From positions 98,086,001 through 98,150,000 of the forward strand of contig NC_045697.1 in assembly GCF_009834535.1 (NCBI RefSeq): 64,000 nt of DNA, in the 5' to 3' direction. Source of the stretch: Camelus ferus. Taxonomy: Eukaryota. This document shows, piece by piece, positions 38,101-52,290 of this stretch (the first letter of the stretch is position 1; the number at the start of each line of letters is the position of its first letter). The position numbers and the translations under genes are program-made. The notes below the pieces were generated by a model. It worked only from the letters and a program-made list of their open reading frames with translations. It had not been told where the DNA came from and did no database searches.

Positions 38101-39479
38101 GTGCAAAATCACAGTGATCTGTCCTGTGACAGGGCCACAGGGCTGGCTGCTGCCATACCACACCCTCAGTGCACTACTGATGCAGTCCAGATTTCCGGAC
38201 CAGTGTGGGTTTTCTCCATGCCTGGTTGGCTACATTCATGGTTTTTCACTCAAAGTCCTGAGTACCTGCTGCGATGTCCCTTTAGGCACCTACTTGATGA
38301 TGCAACTGTCTCTGTCACCATCACCTTCGATCATCTTATTCTTTCAGGCATGAGACTCAAACCCCACTTACTGACTTTGGTCCAAGAGCTCAAAAAGAAG
38401 GAGGGTCTATCTAGTCTGCCGAGCTCCTTACGTGGGCAGCCTTGTGATTCATGGCATGGTCCTGGTTATTCGACAGGGACAAAGTAAACATGCCTGGCTG
38501 GGCAGCACAGTTCAGTCTAGCTAATTCCCTTGATCTCAGGATTACTAGGAAATACAGAACTAGGATTACCTATTCAGATTACCAATTCCTCTTCTACAGA
38601 TGAAAAATGAAATAGTGAAAATGATGTTGCCATGCAGAGTACAAACAAGGTGCTACCAATTTTCCCACTTGCTGAAAGTATATACAGATTATTTTAAAGA
38701 AAAATTATTCATGCACGGTTTTTAAATATGCAAGTGACTTCTCAACAAATTTGATCAACTGACTGTTACATTCTTGTTAAACATCTGTCCTCTTGGTTTA
38801 TGAACACTTTAGTCTCTTGTTTTTCCTCCTACCTCTCAAGTTACTAGACAATCTCTCATTTACTATCTCTGTCTCCAATACTGAATTTTCCAATGTTAGC
38901 ACTCAACTCTTTGGCTTAAATTATCAAGACTACATTAGGAAAATGTTTATTTTTTAGGAAAAATTCTATTATTTACAATCCATCCTCTCCCTCCCACTCT
39001 CACCATCTTTGGCAGGTAGCTTCTGAAATAGATCTTTGCTTTGCAGCGAGGACTGACAGGTGACCTTATGAATGAGAGAAGACAGGGAACGCTACACTTA
39101 CACTCAGAAATAAAGAATCTGTTGTGGAAGATGGGCGCAGGGGCAGTGGTAAGGGCGAAGATAAAGGTTGTAGAAAGACAGGGTAAAGAGATGAGGCAGC
39201 TACTGTTGAGTAAGAGTCTTTGGGAAAGAGCTGATGTATTTAAAAGGAACTATGTGAGAAGTTTTGCTATGTGATGTGTGATATATGCCTTTTATTGTCT
39301 CTCCCAAAACCTTGTTAATAAATCCACATTATTCATCAATGTTTTTGGAGATGAATTTGTATGGGGGTAGTTGTGGGGCTTTGTTTGTTTAGGGTATGCA
39401 AAGACATGTTGAAACTGATCTGAATTAAGGAAAAATAAGAACAAAAGTAGATCAAGTTCTGTGTCCTATGCAGACCTAT

Positions 39480-40310
39480 TGCCTCAGCTCTACATTGAAT
39501 ATCCAACTGATTTCCTCCTGTGCCCACTTCAGGCAACTAAAACTCAACATGGCCTGAGCTAAACTCAAAAACATGCTTTTCTTCTACCATTTCCCTTTCA
39601 GTAAATGGTAACACTGTCCACCTAGCCACATGTCCTGTAAATCTTGAAGGACAGCTCCCTCTCTCTCACCCATGACTTCAGAGTCATCATGTTCTTCCTC
39701 ATCAATATATCTTGAATCTACCCCCTTCTCTCCATTCTCTCTGTCCCAGGTTTGACCCAAGCTCCCACCAACTCTCTCTAGAACTGTTGCTAAAGCCTCC
39801 TACCTGGACTACCGTTTCCAGTCTTCCCTCTTTCCATCAGGGTGATCTTTAAAACATATCCTACCCTAAGAGGAGGGCCTTCTATTCCTTTTACAAAAAA
39901 ATTCAAACTCCCTCTTTTTACTGACAAGGCCTTTTATGATATGACCCCTGCTTATTTTTCCATCCCATTTCACACAGTCTCCTTTCTTAATCACTTTTTG
40001 GTTCTTCTGAAGAATTAAGTAATTTCCTGCCACCAAACACGTTGTTTGCTTTACTGAAAGCCTCATCCCCACCCAGGCCCCAACATTCACTAATCTACCA
40101 CCTCTCTTCTACTCATTTCCGTCTCAGTTTGAGTATCACTTCTCCAGAGAAGCTTCAATAACCCTGCCCCTCCCCTCACTCCCTTGTACTCCCTGGCTGA
40201 TCAGGTCTTCCTGTTACATGCTGTCCTAGCACAATGCACATTTTGGTTACAGCATTTATTTCACCTGTAATTAAACAAACTTTTCTATAATTATTAAGGT
40301 ATGCCTCCAC
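39480..40310 (+). mobile_element. L2 fragment
   Basis: AACTCAACATGGCC, CTCTCTCTCACCCAT and GTCTCAGTTTGAGTATCACTTCTCCAGAGAAGC motifs. Confidence 0.7.
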
Positions 40311-41227
40311 CATTCTCTCATTTATATGATCCACAGTATCAATGTTGTTGGTACTATCTTGGTGAATTGCTGATTAGTTACTGTTGTGTAGACAGTCATT
40401 TCCAGACTCCCTACTTCTGTGATAGAGTCTTTTAAAGCTAAGACATTAAAAATTAAGTTTATATATTAATCATATTTACATTTGTTGTACCTATTTCTCT
40501 ATATTTTAGAAAGAAACATAGTGTTTTATATATATATCTGTGTGTATATATGAAATTAGACTTGAGATGAGAATAAAACTAAAATAAAAATTCCAGGAAT
40601 TTTAGAGAAATGGCATTTTTGTCTTCAAGGACATGTTAATCACTAGCAAGGACAAGATTTCCCACCTACAGATGTAGTCCTTGCACCTCTAGAAATAAAG
40701 AACTGGTATCCTTTTTTTTTTTTTAAGTTGGTATCCATTTTAATTCAAATATCACTCTCCACTGCTGAGGGAGCTCACAAAAGGAGTTCATTAGTGCCAC
40801 CTGGGGTGACAAGTTTATGGTTCCATTATTACACCTGCTAATAAATGAACTGATGATACGAATCAAATTCACTAAAATCTCTGTTCATCTTGAACAATGT
40901 TGTGAAAAATCAAAGTCAAGATGATGTGCTCCATAGTATTTCAGATGTAATAAAGCCTAACGCTCTCACTGCAAAATGAGAATTATGTGCAGAGAGCTCT
41001 CTTATTTAACCCAAAATGTTTTGGGGGCTAATAGCCCATGGTGTAGTGCTCATCAAAATGGACCAGGGGAAAAGACATGATTGAAATCGGTGGGCTGACT
41101 CTACTGCCACTCGTGATTATTTCCACTTCAAAGAGAATCAATCAAAGCACATCAACCCATAGATGTTTTCCCCAGGGAAGCCACATCGGTCCTTTTCTCC
41201 ATTTAATATCCACTGAAAGCAGGACCC

Positions 41228-41829
41228 TGAGGGTCTTCTTTGTGGCAGACCCCTCCGTGTCCACCATTTCTTGTTTATAGAAAAAAATCAAGTGAGTTTT
41301 TCCCCCTGAGTCCCAAAGAACAGACTCAAGCAGTTACTAGAGAAGTAAGGGGATGTGGAAACAAAGAAAAGTAATGATAGTTTAAACAATAGTTCAGCCA
41401 TAAAACAGTCATATGACCCCTAGTTCCTCAAGAGATACAAGTAACTATCTGACGCATATCCTTGAGTTGTTTTACAGAAGCCAGAACCCCACCAGACTGA
41501 ATTGCTGACCATAAGCACAAAGATCCCACACTGGCTGGAATCAGAAGACTGATGATTAAGATTTCCAAAACCACCACCCTGTTATCTCCCCATCAACCAA
41601 TCAGAGGAATGTCCACAAGACGATCATGCACCCTGCAACCCTAACTGCTTATGTTGCTTCTAAAAACTCTTCCCTAAAAGTCAGTGGGGAGTTTGAGTCT
41701 TCTTAACATTAATTGCCCATTCTCCTTGCTTGGTGCCCCGCAAATACACTTTCCTTCACCATAATTCAATGTCAGTAAACTGGCTTTCCTACATGTCAGG
41801 AGAGTAGACTCAAGTTCGGTTTAGTAACA
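41228..41829 (+). mobile_element. Complete ERV1-class solo LTR (602 bp)
   Basis: TG...CA termini, 4-bp TSD ACCC (41224-41227 and 41830-41833), CCAAT box. Homologous to 1-306. Confidence 0.82.
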
Positions 41830-42239
41830 ACCCTACTAATGATTCTTGATTCCCTCCTTTGATAGGAATTTCATATGTATTTAATAAGTGTTTATGGCTG
41901 CTTGGAAAATTAAAATATAAAAAGAAATATAGAGTCAGTACTTTAAAACTAGTTAGCAAGGTGATATTTATAACTTTCATATACACATCTAAATGAAACT
42001 AGTGACTATTTTTAAAAGTGAGTCTTTTTATATGAATCACATGGTGGGTTTTAAGTAAATTTCAAAATAAAATAAAAGGCATTGTGGGATAAGTTTGGTC
42101 TGAGGAATATTCTTAGAGGAACATGAAAGAGTACAGGATTTTATCTGTGATTGTACCTATAGCTCATTTACTGCGTTTGGCTGAGCAGAGTGGAAGACAA
42201 GAAACTGACTGATATTGAAAGCAGCAAGGAAAATATTGA

Positions 42240-42700
42240 TAAGGTGGGGCCATGTTAAGAAAGACTTTAAATCCTGGGATGAGAAAATCTGAACCTTAAA
42301 AGGCTAAGGGAGTATTATATTCTTAATGAGAGTGACATAATAAAAGTGGTGCTACAGGAAAGTTACAGATTAAGGAACAGATAGGCAAGTGTTAGGGAGA
42401 CTTGTTGAGAGATTCTTGTGGTAATACAGGTCTACAATGCTGAGGGCCTTCATTAGTTTATAGAGAATGAGAAATAATGTAATGACTGAGAATCACACTG
42501 AGAAATAAGGATCCACAGGGTTTAGTGACTGATGAGTTATGAGAGATTTTAGGAGAGAAAGATATGGAAGAGAAAAGTGACTTGAACATTTTGATACTTG
42601 GAGCTAGGAAGAAATGGCATTTTAATCAACAAACTTGGAAAAATGGAGAAAGACATCAATTTGGAAACTACTCAAGTTTGGCATATAAGATTGTGCAGGA
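42240..42700 (-). mobile_element. L2 fragment
   Basis: Purine-rich, degenerate antisense L2 motifs (GTGGTAATACAGG, AGTGACTGATGAG). Confidence 0.5.
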
Positions 42701-45700
42701 AAGGACAGAGATTCAAACGGAACTGCCAAAAGTTTAGAGTTGAGAGGCACTTAGGGTCCATGGGGGTCAAGTTCCCAGCAGGATTCAGGAATCCTTTTTA
42801 TAATATTCCTAATGGAGATACAAATACTTTCTGTATTTAGGAACATTGCTAGGAACCTCTTCCTTATATTGAATTAAAATTTACTTCCCCATAACTTGCA
42901 CCTACAATTTCCATTTCTACCATATAGAACATTAGACAAGACTATGTCCTATTCCATGTAATAATTTTTCACCTCCACGGCAGTCGCTGCATCCCCATTT
43001 CATTCTAGCTTTTCAATAATAACCATCGCTTATTTCCTTCAGGTATAGCTCACTGACATAACTTCTAAATTCTTATTTATTAACAGAGATTAATAAGGCA
43101 TCAAAAATATCTTCCAGCTATGAAAGTTACTGATTACTGTTTTAGTTTTATGGCTGGGTTTTTATAATACTCTCTTCCAAAAAAAAAAAAAAAAAAAAAA
43201 AAGGACAGGCAACTTTCTTTTCCCTGAAAGTAAAGGATATAAAAACTACATTCAAAACTAAAATATCTTATGTCTAATGAAAACCCAAGACCAGCAAGTC
43301 TGAAGAATTTGTGGCTGGGCTTCTATCTTAAATCAAAGACTAAATTAAAAAGAATCAAATTCAATTTCCCAAAGGATTGTGATTTTTCTATTTGTATTCA
43401 TGCTACTAGTTTGGCAGGCCATAAAGATTTTAGAAAAATTATTATTATTGTCTGATCTTTTTAACAATGTGTTTGCTTTGAAACCTTGAGGTGCACTCAT
43501 GAAAAAGAAAAATCCATTTAAGTATCTATTATCTCTGAATGGAGACTGAATTTGATGAAACCGCCATACAACTAACAAATGTTTGCCTACCCAAATGACT
43601 TTTGCTCTGGCATTATGTCTCAGAAAATAAATTATTATTATTTATGATCATAATAATGTATATTTACATAATAAGTTTCTCAGAGGAGCTGAAACCAATT
43701 TTTGCTTATTCTACAGCACCTCTCATTTGTAAAATAAAAAAACTGCAGCTCTGTTGTTCCAAGAGGGAAAATGTGTTAAAAAGGCATAGGCCTATCAAAG
43801 CAAAAGTCAGTATTCAGTGCACCAGTAGTCAGAGAACACTAATACTCATGAATCTTTTGACTCAACACCTGTGATGTTTCATCTTTACATTCAGTGTCAG
43901 CTGCTCTTTAAAATAAAAATCTTAGAAGCTTAATAAATGCCCAATACTGTAAGTACTTACTGTCTGACCGATGTTATGGGATATGGAAGAAGTTGCCCAG
44001 TCTCAAATCCGTGAAGACAAGATACCAAAATAAGAAATACCTTGAGACTCTTGTAAGAGAGAATATAATAACTTCTTTAGGAGAAGTAGCAGCATTGCTA
44101 AATTACATGATAAGAAATAAAGAGAGCTCTGTTTTATTCCCTACTCCGCAACCAACCTGAAGCTAGTTATTTATCCCACCTGTAAAATGCAATGAAACTA
44201 CACACCACCATCCTATCCCGGAAGGATAGGTGAGGATTAATCACCTGTAGGTGTCTGGAATGTCACAAATGGTGTTGTTATATACAAATCGCAGAACTTT
44301 GATATTGCTTTTAAAACTCACTCATGGCCCTTACACACTGGAGGGTACCTTTGGTTGTCTGAACAGTACATCAACATGCATCCCACATCCTCTCCAAACT
44401 CTCCTGAGGATCAGCTGAAGACCAAGCTAAAGATATGATTCATTGATCACACATTAAATCATACAAGGTTGAGATGTACAAGGCCTCAATTTACTTTCAT
44501 AATACCGAATTAACCTTGTAGGTACAAAATTACAGTATTATTTTATAATTATAGATATAGCCTCTATATTTATGAGACCTTGCAAAATATCTGACCTTCT
44601 CAATGTAGGTTAGCTAATTATTTTGTATCTAGCAAGAGAAAGTTCAGGAAACCTGTATCTCAATGTAAGTGTGACTAACACGTCTTCATCTTACCAGTTT
44701 CTGTTACCATTGTTCCTGACACATTAATTAAATTTCGTATTCAGGTATGCATTTAGAATTTTTAAACTTAGCCAAGTGCACTCCAGTGACTGTTGTTCGT
44801 GGTATCAGACTCTCAGTGTAGAAAAAGCCATAAATGACTTCATACTTCTCCGTCTGTATTATCACTCTCTACTAGACTAGAGGCTACATTGGGGCAGGAA
44901 AATTACATTTATTTTTAAAATTTCTGCTTGTAACCATAGCTCCTGGAAAGATACTTTGCACATCGTAAGCAATTAACAATAATTACTTTTAGCATGTTTG
45001 AACAATATTTTGACTGAAATAAAAGATAAGGCTTTTTCATTATATGGTGTGGTTACAATGAGTAGAATGTTTTCAGTTTATATTTGAGGTTTTAACCCTG
45101 GTCATGCTCTGATATATATGCATTTTAAACAACTGCAAATCTCAAACCCAAGATTCCATCTAATGAAGCTGTATTTACTCACCTTCCCTTTTAATGATCA
45201 TTTCTTAAAGTGCCCAACAGTGCAGCCATATAGTGTTGCACAATATTCATTGAGAAATTCAGTCCTCTTAAAATAGCTAGAATCAAGGCGTGGACTCATT
45301 TTTAGTAACAGCAGATTTTGAAAGACATAGAAACCATCCTATCTTTAATTACTAATATTCATTGTGAGGAGAAACATCTCAATATTCAAATGTGCATAAA
45401 GACATTTTAGTAAATAAAGACTGAACCTTGAGCATGATCTTGTATGTATAAAACCAAGAAATCCTTGATGTCAAAATTTTGCTATATGCATTCTCCCTGA
45501 CCATTATGCTATCCTTCCTTAATTTTTGCCAACATACAAATTTTTCTGTATCTTTCCTCTCTGTAAAAGATGCAAGAACCACTTACTTGCTACTTCCTTC
45601 CTCTGTGCAGAACTCATAGTAAACCTGTATTTTTAATATGAAAGTATGAATTTAAGAATTCTACTATACATCATAGAAGCCCTTTATTTAAAATGAGAAA

Positions 45701-45889
45701 AATCAAGGTCCACAGATGAAAACACAACTATGGAATTAGATGAGATGTTGTGAAAGAAATTCCCTTTTTAAATAGACTCATTCCATATGCCTTGTAGTAA
45801 TGGTCCCCAAATTTACATTACTCAAGTGAGCTGCAATGTTAGTGACTTTAAAATAATTTATTTAATTTCCATAAAGAATAGAAAACTCT

Positions 45890-46728
45890 AAATGCAAATC
45901 AAAACTACAATGAGGTATCACCTCATACCAGTCAGAATGGCCATCATTCAAAAGTCCATGAATAATAAATGATGGACAGGGTGTGGAGAAAACAGAACCC
46001 TCCTACGCTATTGGTGGGAATATAGTTTGGTGCAGCCATTATAGAAAACAGTATGGAGACTCCTCAAAAGACTAAAAATAGACTTACCATATGATCCAGC
46101 ATATATCCAGAAGGAATCTTAATTCAACAAGATACATGCACCTCACTGTTCATAGCAACACTATTTACAATAACCAAGACATGGAAACAACCTAAATGTC
46201 CATCAACAGATGACTGGATAAAGAGGCTGTGGTATATTGATACAATGGAATACTAACTAGCCATAAAAAGAATAAAATAATGTCATTTGCAGCAACATGG
46301 ATGGACCTGGAGAATGTCATTCTAAGTGAAGTAAGCCAGAAAAAGAAAGAAAAATACCATATGATATCACTTACATGTGGAATCTTAAAAAAAAGGACAA
46401 ACAAACTTATTTACAAAACAGAAACAGACTCACAGACATAGAAAACAAAATTATGGTTACCGTAGGGGAAGCAAGTGGGAAGGGATAAATTGGGAGTTAG
46501 AGATTTGCAGACACTAACTACTATATATAAAATAGATAAACAACAAGTTTATACTGTATATAGTACAGGGAACTATATTCTGTATCTTGCAGTAACTTAC
46601 GGTTAAAAAGAATATGAAAATAAATATATGTATGTTCCTATATGGCTGAAGTATTGTGTTGTACACAGAAATTGACACAACATTGTAAACTGACTATACT
46701 TCAATAAAAATATATCAAAGAAAAAAAA
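45890..46728 (+). mobile_element. 5'-truncated L1 (ORF2 end and 3'UTR)
   Basis: TSD AGAAAACTCT at 45880-45889 and 46729-46738. Similar to 8355-8990. Confidence 0.93.
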
Positions 46729-48567
46729 AGAAAACTCTTAGATGTTGGTAGAAATGCAAATGAAATAAAGCTTGATCTTGAAGAGCTTAAAGTAAGTTTG
46801 TAGGAAAACATAGGTACAAAGAAATGTGTAAAAATAATCACAAATAACAAGTCAATTAGTGCAAGCCATGCTCTATTCATTGAGATGGAAGACTTTAGAA
46901 AAAAGGTGAGAATGGTTAATGATGGCGGTGGTTTCATAGGTGAGCAATTCTCACAAGTAGATTGAATAGGTTACAACAGATCAAGACTGGCTTCATTTCA
47001 ACTCGTCTGTACGCATAAGCAATGTCACTGGCAACAATGTTCATATTGAAAAGTGGACGAATAAAGCCAGGAAAATGACAACAGCCAGATTGTAAGAGTT
47101 TTCCCATGGCACATCAGCTTTGATCCAGAAGCACCTGAGTATTCAATCCCCCTCAGGAGGAGGAAAAGGAGAATCAGTGAACACAGGACAGGGTTAATAT
47201 TAAAAATAAGTGGTCGCATCATTTGGAAAGATGAGTTAAGATAAGGAAGAGATCTTCCCAGAATCAGCAGGGAAAATTTATCTTTTATATCTGAGTTAAG
47301 AGAAGACTAGGAATTGTAGTAGATCATCAATGTAACATACACCATCAAAGGGCGGCCGGTGAGAAGGAGAGTGTTGAGTAATGTCAAGGCTTGAGGTAAA
47401 ATTTCAACAGGAAAATGTTTATTTTATTCCAGGACAGGAAATTTCAGACTTCCTAGCTTTTAACATAGGACTGAGAATAAACACCATAGGTTATGATTGC
47501 TAGATTCTATTTCAAATTCATAACAAGAAAATGGCCATAAAGTTATTTACATCCTTAGCTAGCTGCTCTTGTCATTTAAAGATCCTACAAGTCAAATTGC
47601 TATCCGCCTTTTCTTATTCAACTTTAAACATAAGGCAAAGATGGGATATTTATAAAGTTAACACAAAAGCATAAATAGGAGAAAACGTCAAAAATTTATC
47701 GTCACATTTTGGTTGTATGATAATAACATTTTTAATGAAAAGAAGATAAAATTGAGAAAAAAGGAGATAAAATCACTTATTTATGATAAATGAAGACATA
47801 AAAACAATGGTAGGTTCTGTGTGTAAAAATGGTATGTTCATTTCATCTCTTTTATATAAAAACTCACTGTGTTTCTAAGTAGACATAAGTAAAATCATAT
47901 TAAATATCAATTACTCATCAATAAATATTAACCCTAGTGTAAAGTCAGAAGTAAGTACAAATGATTTTCCATCTTCTTTTCCTGCTACTAGATAAAAAAA
48001 CACATTCTTTTTTAAATTACTATTCAATTTACGGTGAATATCAGAGTGGGTCTGCATTGTTATTGCAATCAGAGAATTTAATCAAACTGAAAAGAAAAAA
48101 ACAAGCAACAATTTTGTTTATCCTTCTGGAAGTTAAATGGCATGTGGAGAAATAGTTGCATTTTCTCTTTCTACCCTCCAACTCTGAAGTTCAGTTTTAA
48201 CCTAATTTATTGATTCTACTTTATGGTGTTTCAATCCTTGATGAATCATCTCTCAGGGGCTTTGGCCTTGGAAAACAAGAACAATATCAAAAACTACAAC
48301 TTGGAACCATTGCTAAATATAAAAATTAGGCAATTCAAAGAGCAAGCAAACATTATCAAAAGGCACCAAGCAGATGAAATTTAGCTTATGTGCTCATTTC
48401 TTCTAGAGAGAACTTGAAGTAAAAGTCCTCTTTGTTTTAATGATAAAAGCACACTTTTTCTCAGTAGTGTTGTTTGGTGTCTGTTGATCCAATATGGCAG
48501 ATAAAAAACTCTTAACTGTACAATATTTGTCTCTGATAATTCCATCCAAAAGAGGGTGCAGGCTAAG

Positions 48568-48756
48568 GCAGTAGTCTCCAAACGTTCACTGTAGCTGCTT
48601 CAGAATCACCTGAAGGGCTTGTTAAATTCCTGCCAACCTCAGTGTTTCAGATTGAGTAGGTCTTAGGAGTGAGGGGGGACAGGGTCCTTAGATTTTGTTT
48701 TCCCACAGATTCCTGCTAGGGCTGCTAGCTTTGGGACCACCCTCTATAAGCACTGG
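48568..48756. mobile_element. MER5A (hAT-Charlie)
   Basis: CAGTAGTCTCCAAA...CAGAATCACCTGAAGGGCTTGTTAAA...GGGACCAC...CACTG. Confidence 0.75.
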
Positions 48757-49119
48757 ACCAAGGGAACAGGGGACAAAGGAGACTGAAGAACTGAAATTTG
48801 TAAAGATTTAGGCTCCTCAGGATCCAGTTGAACACAGAATTCCATCCAGGAATTTAACTAGTGATGAATGTGCTACGCAGAGGGCAGTAAATATTTTCAC
48901 ATCTTTCTAGAAATGACCTAATCAATGCTTCCGAGATGTAATGTCTGAGATTAATTTCAGGTACCTAAGAGTCAGCTTTATTACCACAAAGAACTAAAGC
49001 TCAAGAATCAGAAGCAATGCTGGAAAATTTATTTGTCACCCCATTTACTCCGTTCCTTATCGTGTACTTCTTCAACAGACGTGCACATGTGTATAGACCC
49101 AAGTGCACCCTCCACCAGC

Positions 49120-49480
49120 CCCATCAGTGGCAAACGGAGGGGAGGTGCAAGAGTACAAGTGGGGGCCCGATACCATGTATCTAAACATTTAAAGTTAGAA
49201 ATCTACCTTAAAAACTATTAAATAAATTACATTATATTCACTTTGACAATTACACTTTCGTAACAACTGGGCAGGCCCCACTCTAAATTAAGAGTATATT
49301 GACTCAGAGTTTTACACCTAAATACTCCAGAAGAGCCAGTTCCCATCCTACAAGTAACTCTCCCTCTCTTTCCAACTTCAGCTCTGACTTAGACTGTGAG
49401 GGGCCTGGAGATTTGTCTACACTCCACAGAAACAGCTGCCACTCCTTGGGCCGACAGCATAGGTACTGTGGCATGGTCTA
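49120..49480. mobile_element. MER115/Zaphod-like hAT fragment
   Basis: GAGTACAAGTGGGGGCCCGATACCATGTATCTAAACATTTAAAGTT resembles the recalled consensus. Confidence 0.5.
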
Positions 49481-49489
49481 CCTTAGAAC

Positions 49490-49862
49490 AGTGGTCCCAT
49501 TCAATTGCAGGCTAAATGTCAGGTAGGGCTGAGTCATTCGAAGACTTGGCTGAGACCCGTAGATTCACTTTCCAGGCAGCTCACTCAGATGACTGACCTG
49601 TTGGTGCTGGCTCTTGCCTCAGTTTCTCCTCACAGGGCCCTCTTCATAAGGCTGCTTGAAGGTCCTCACTACATGGTATGAGGCCAAGGCAAGAAGTCAC
49701 AATGCTTTCTATGTGACAGTCTCAGAAGTCACACACCCTCATTTCCATCATATTCTGTTTGTCACAAAGTCAACCCTGATTCAAAATGGGAGGGGACAGT
49801 GCAAAAGCATGAATACCAAGAGGTGTGGCCCACTGAGGGCCATTTTGAACCCTAGCTACTAT
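49490..49862 (-). mobile_element. MaLR LTR (old MLT1)
   Basis: GTCTCAGAAGTCACAC...CATATTCTGTTTGTCACAAAG...GCATGAATACCAAGAGG. Confidence 0.7.
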
Positions 49863-49986
49863 GGATGACCTCTGTGGACTCTACATTCTAAGACTTTATG
49901 ATCAAAGGGAATTTAGAACAGTTATTAATAATACCGAAATACATTCAGTTGAAAATAGACAATGTTCTAGGTGCATAAAAATTATC

Positions 49987-50482
49987 TGTAGTAGGCAAAA
50001 TAATAGCCACCCCAAAAAGTCAACCCCCTGATTTCTAGAACCTGGGACTATGTTAGTTTACATGGGAAAAGAGACTGCAGACGGAACTAAGTTAAAGACC
50101 TGGAGATGGTGAAATTATTCTAGATTACTCAAGTTGGTCCAAACTAATCGCACGAGTAGTTAAAGAGTCTTTCTTGGCTGTGGTCAGAGGGAAACTTGAC
50201 AATGGAAGAGAGAATCAGAGACACAGAAATATGAGAGCTCAGCTCCCTGTCACTGCTGAATTTAAAGACGGAGAAAGGGGCCAGTGATCTCTAGAAGCTA
50301 GAAAAGGCAAGAAAATGAATTCTCCCCTCATGCCTCCAGGAAGGAACCCAGCCCTAAGATGCCCTGACTTTGGCCCAGTGAGACTCATGTAGCTCTTTTG
50401 ACCTACAGAACTGTAAGAAAAACATACATTTGTGTTCTTTTAAACCACTAAGTTTGTGGCAGTTTGTTATAGTGGCAAGAGA
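49987..50482 (+). mobile_element. MaLR LTR (MLT1D/E-like)
   Basis: TGTAGTAGGCAAAATAAT...GACCTACAGAACTGTAAG...TTTAAACCACTAAGTTTGTGG. Confidence 0.85.
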
Positions 50483-51039
50483 AAACTGTAACTCTATTGC
50501 AACAGAGCAATTTAATTTTTAAAACACTTGATAACATTAAAATCTTGAATTAGTTCATCATTCAAGATAAGTATAGACTATCATCTAATGGAATTTGTGG
50601 CTGCTGTATCACCAGCATTATATTTTATTTCATTACATTAACACTCAAGTTTTGCCTTGAGACCAAACTGACAAAAATCATGATCTCCTGAGTTAGAAAA
50701 TGTATTCCAGTGGAACTATTTTCAAGGGCACATTCTACCTCTCGGGAGACTACACTGGGTTTCATTTATAACAACAATTCTTGTGGAAACTGTTAAAGGT
50801 AGATGAGATTTAGAAATTTCAAGGACAAGTTCTGAATGGAATAGAAGGTTGAGAACACCTACGTTAAAAAGGAATCTGATTGTATAAAAACGTGGTTGTA
50901 AAAAAACACTTCAAGCTATTTAATGTCAGGGTCAGATTTAAATATTGGTAAGAAAAAAAGATGTTAACTTATTTGGCCAGTAAAATATACTTAATATTAC
51001 TTATCATTTGTAATGTTTGCATTTGAACACCAAACAGCA

Positions 51040-52290
51040 ATACACTCTAAGGGCCTAGGGAAGCTGCCAGGTGTAAGACTTTATTATTGATCTCAGAACC
51101 TGGACAATCTAAATGAGAATACAGGACAAAATATTAAACATTAAATTAGAGTTAAAATTAGCAATAGAGGAGATGACAAACTACCAGATGATGAATTTCC
51201 AAATAAATGACTCAGAATAAATTATATGGGACTTCAAATGAAGGAAATGTGATTAAGTGAGACCATGATGGAGATGCTATTTTATCTGGGTTTTGAAAAG
51301 GGCAAAGAATTATATAGTAAGAGAAAAGAGGAAAGGAATTCTAAGTGGCTAATCTAGAGATAATAAAATGTCTATCATTATGCAAATACACTCTATTAGA
51401 ATTATTGGTGATTTATTTAGGAATTCCTTAAGGACGAGAACGATGTCTCACTTCCATTTGTACTCCAGGATCTAGGAGAGTCCAAGGCATGTAGTGCAAA
51501 CTCAATAAATATTTAGTGAGTGAAAGAGATGACTTTTAGAATAGTGAAGTTATTAAAAAAATGTATTTTCACAAGATAAAACTAAAGACATTTTACAGAA
51601 TGAACTGAGGTCCAAAAAGATGCTCAGATGCCTGTTCAAAGGTTGTGTTAGCTTTCTGAGAAGAGAGAATCAAAACACGAACTGAAAGTTGGCAATGAGA
51701 AAGAAAAGACATAAGACATGCCAAGTAGGAGGAAATGATGGAACTCAGTATTGGGGTAAGGAAGGAGTTAAGATGAAATCTGACGCTTAGATCCTGAGTG
51801 ACTATGAGAATGATGCTGCAACTAACAAGGATGAGGAAATGAAACTGAAAAGACAATTTTGAAGTAAAGATTCTCAGTATGGTTTTTACATGTTAAGTAT
51901 AAAACGTATGAAATACATATGGATAGTGGGAGTGTGCTCCAAAAACTTGGATATATATTTGAAAGCTATGTGCACGTAAAGCATAATTGGAACCATGAGA
52001 AAGGATGAGATCACCACGTGAATTCATGGAAAGAAGAGTGTAAGGATGCAACTTGGGAAGCTCCCACATATAAGGAAATAAAAGACATAAGAGAAACTAG
52101 TAAAGGAGACAGAGAAACAACAGAGATGCCCAAGGGAGGCATGGGGAAGATAGGATATGTCCACCATTAGGGCCAAAGGCTTCTACAAGATAAAGGAGAC
52201 TTTGGATTGAGGAAGCGTTTTTGACTTTGTGTTAGATGGTGGCTTGTGACCCTTGAAAGAGTACTTTCAGAAGAATGATTAAGAGATAAA
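51040..52290. mobile_element. L2 fragments (mixed orientation)
   Basis: Degenerate L2 motifs, e.g. CTCAATAAATATTTAGTGAGTGAA and GGATGAGATCACC. Confidence 0.5.

Noticed and set aside
43178..43202. Poly(A) run as the tail of a retro-insertion
   Set aside because: No TSD or element body identified upstream.
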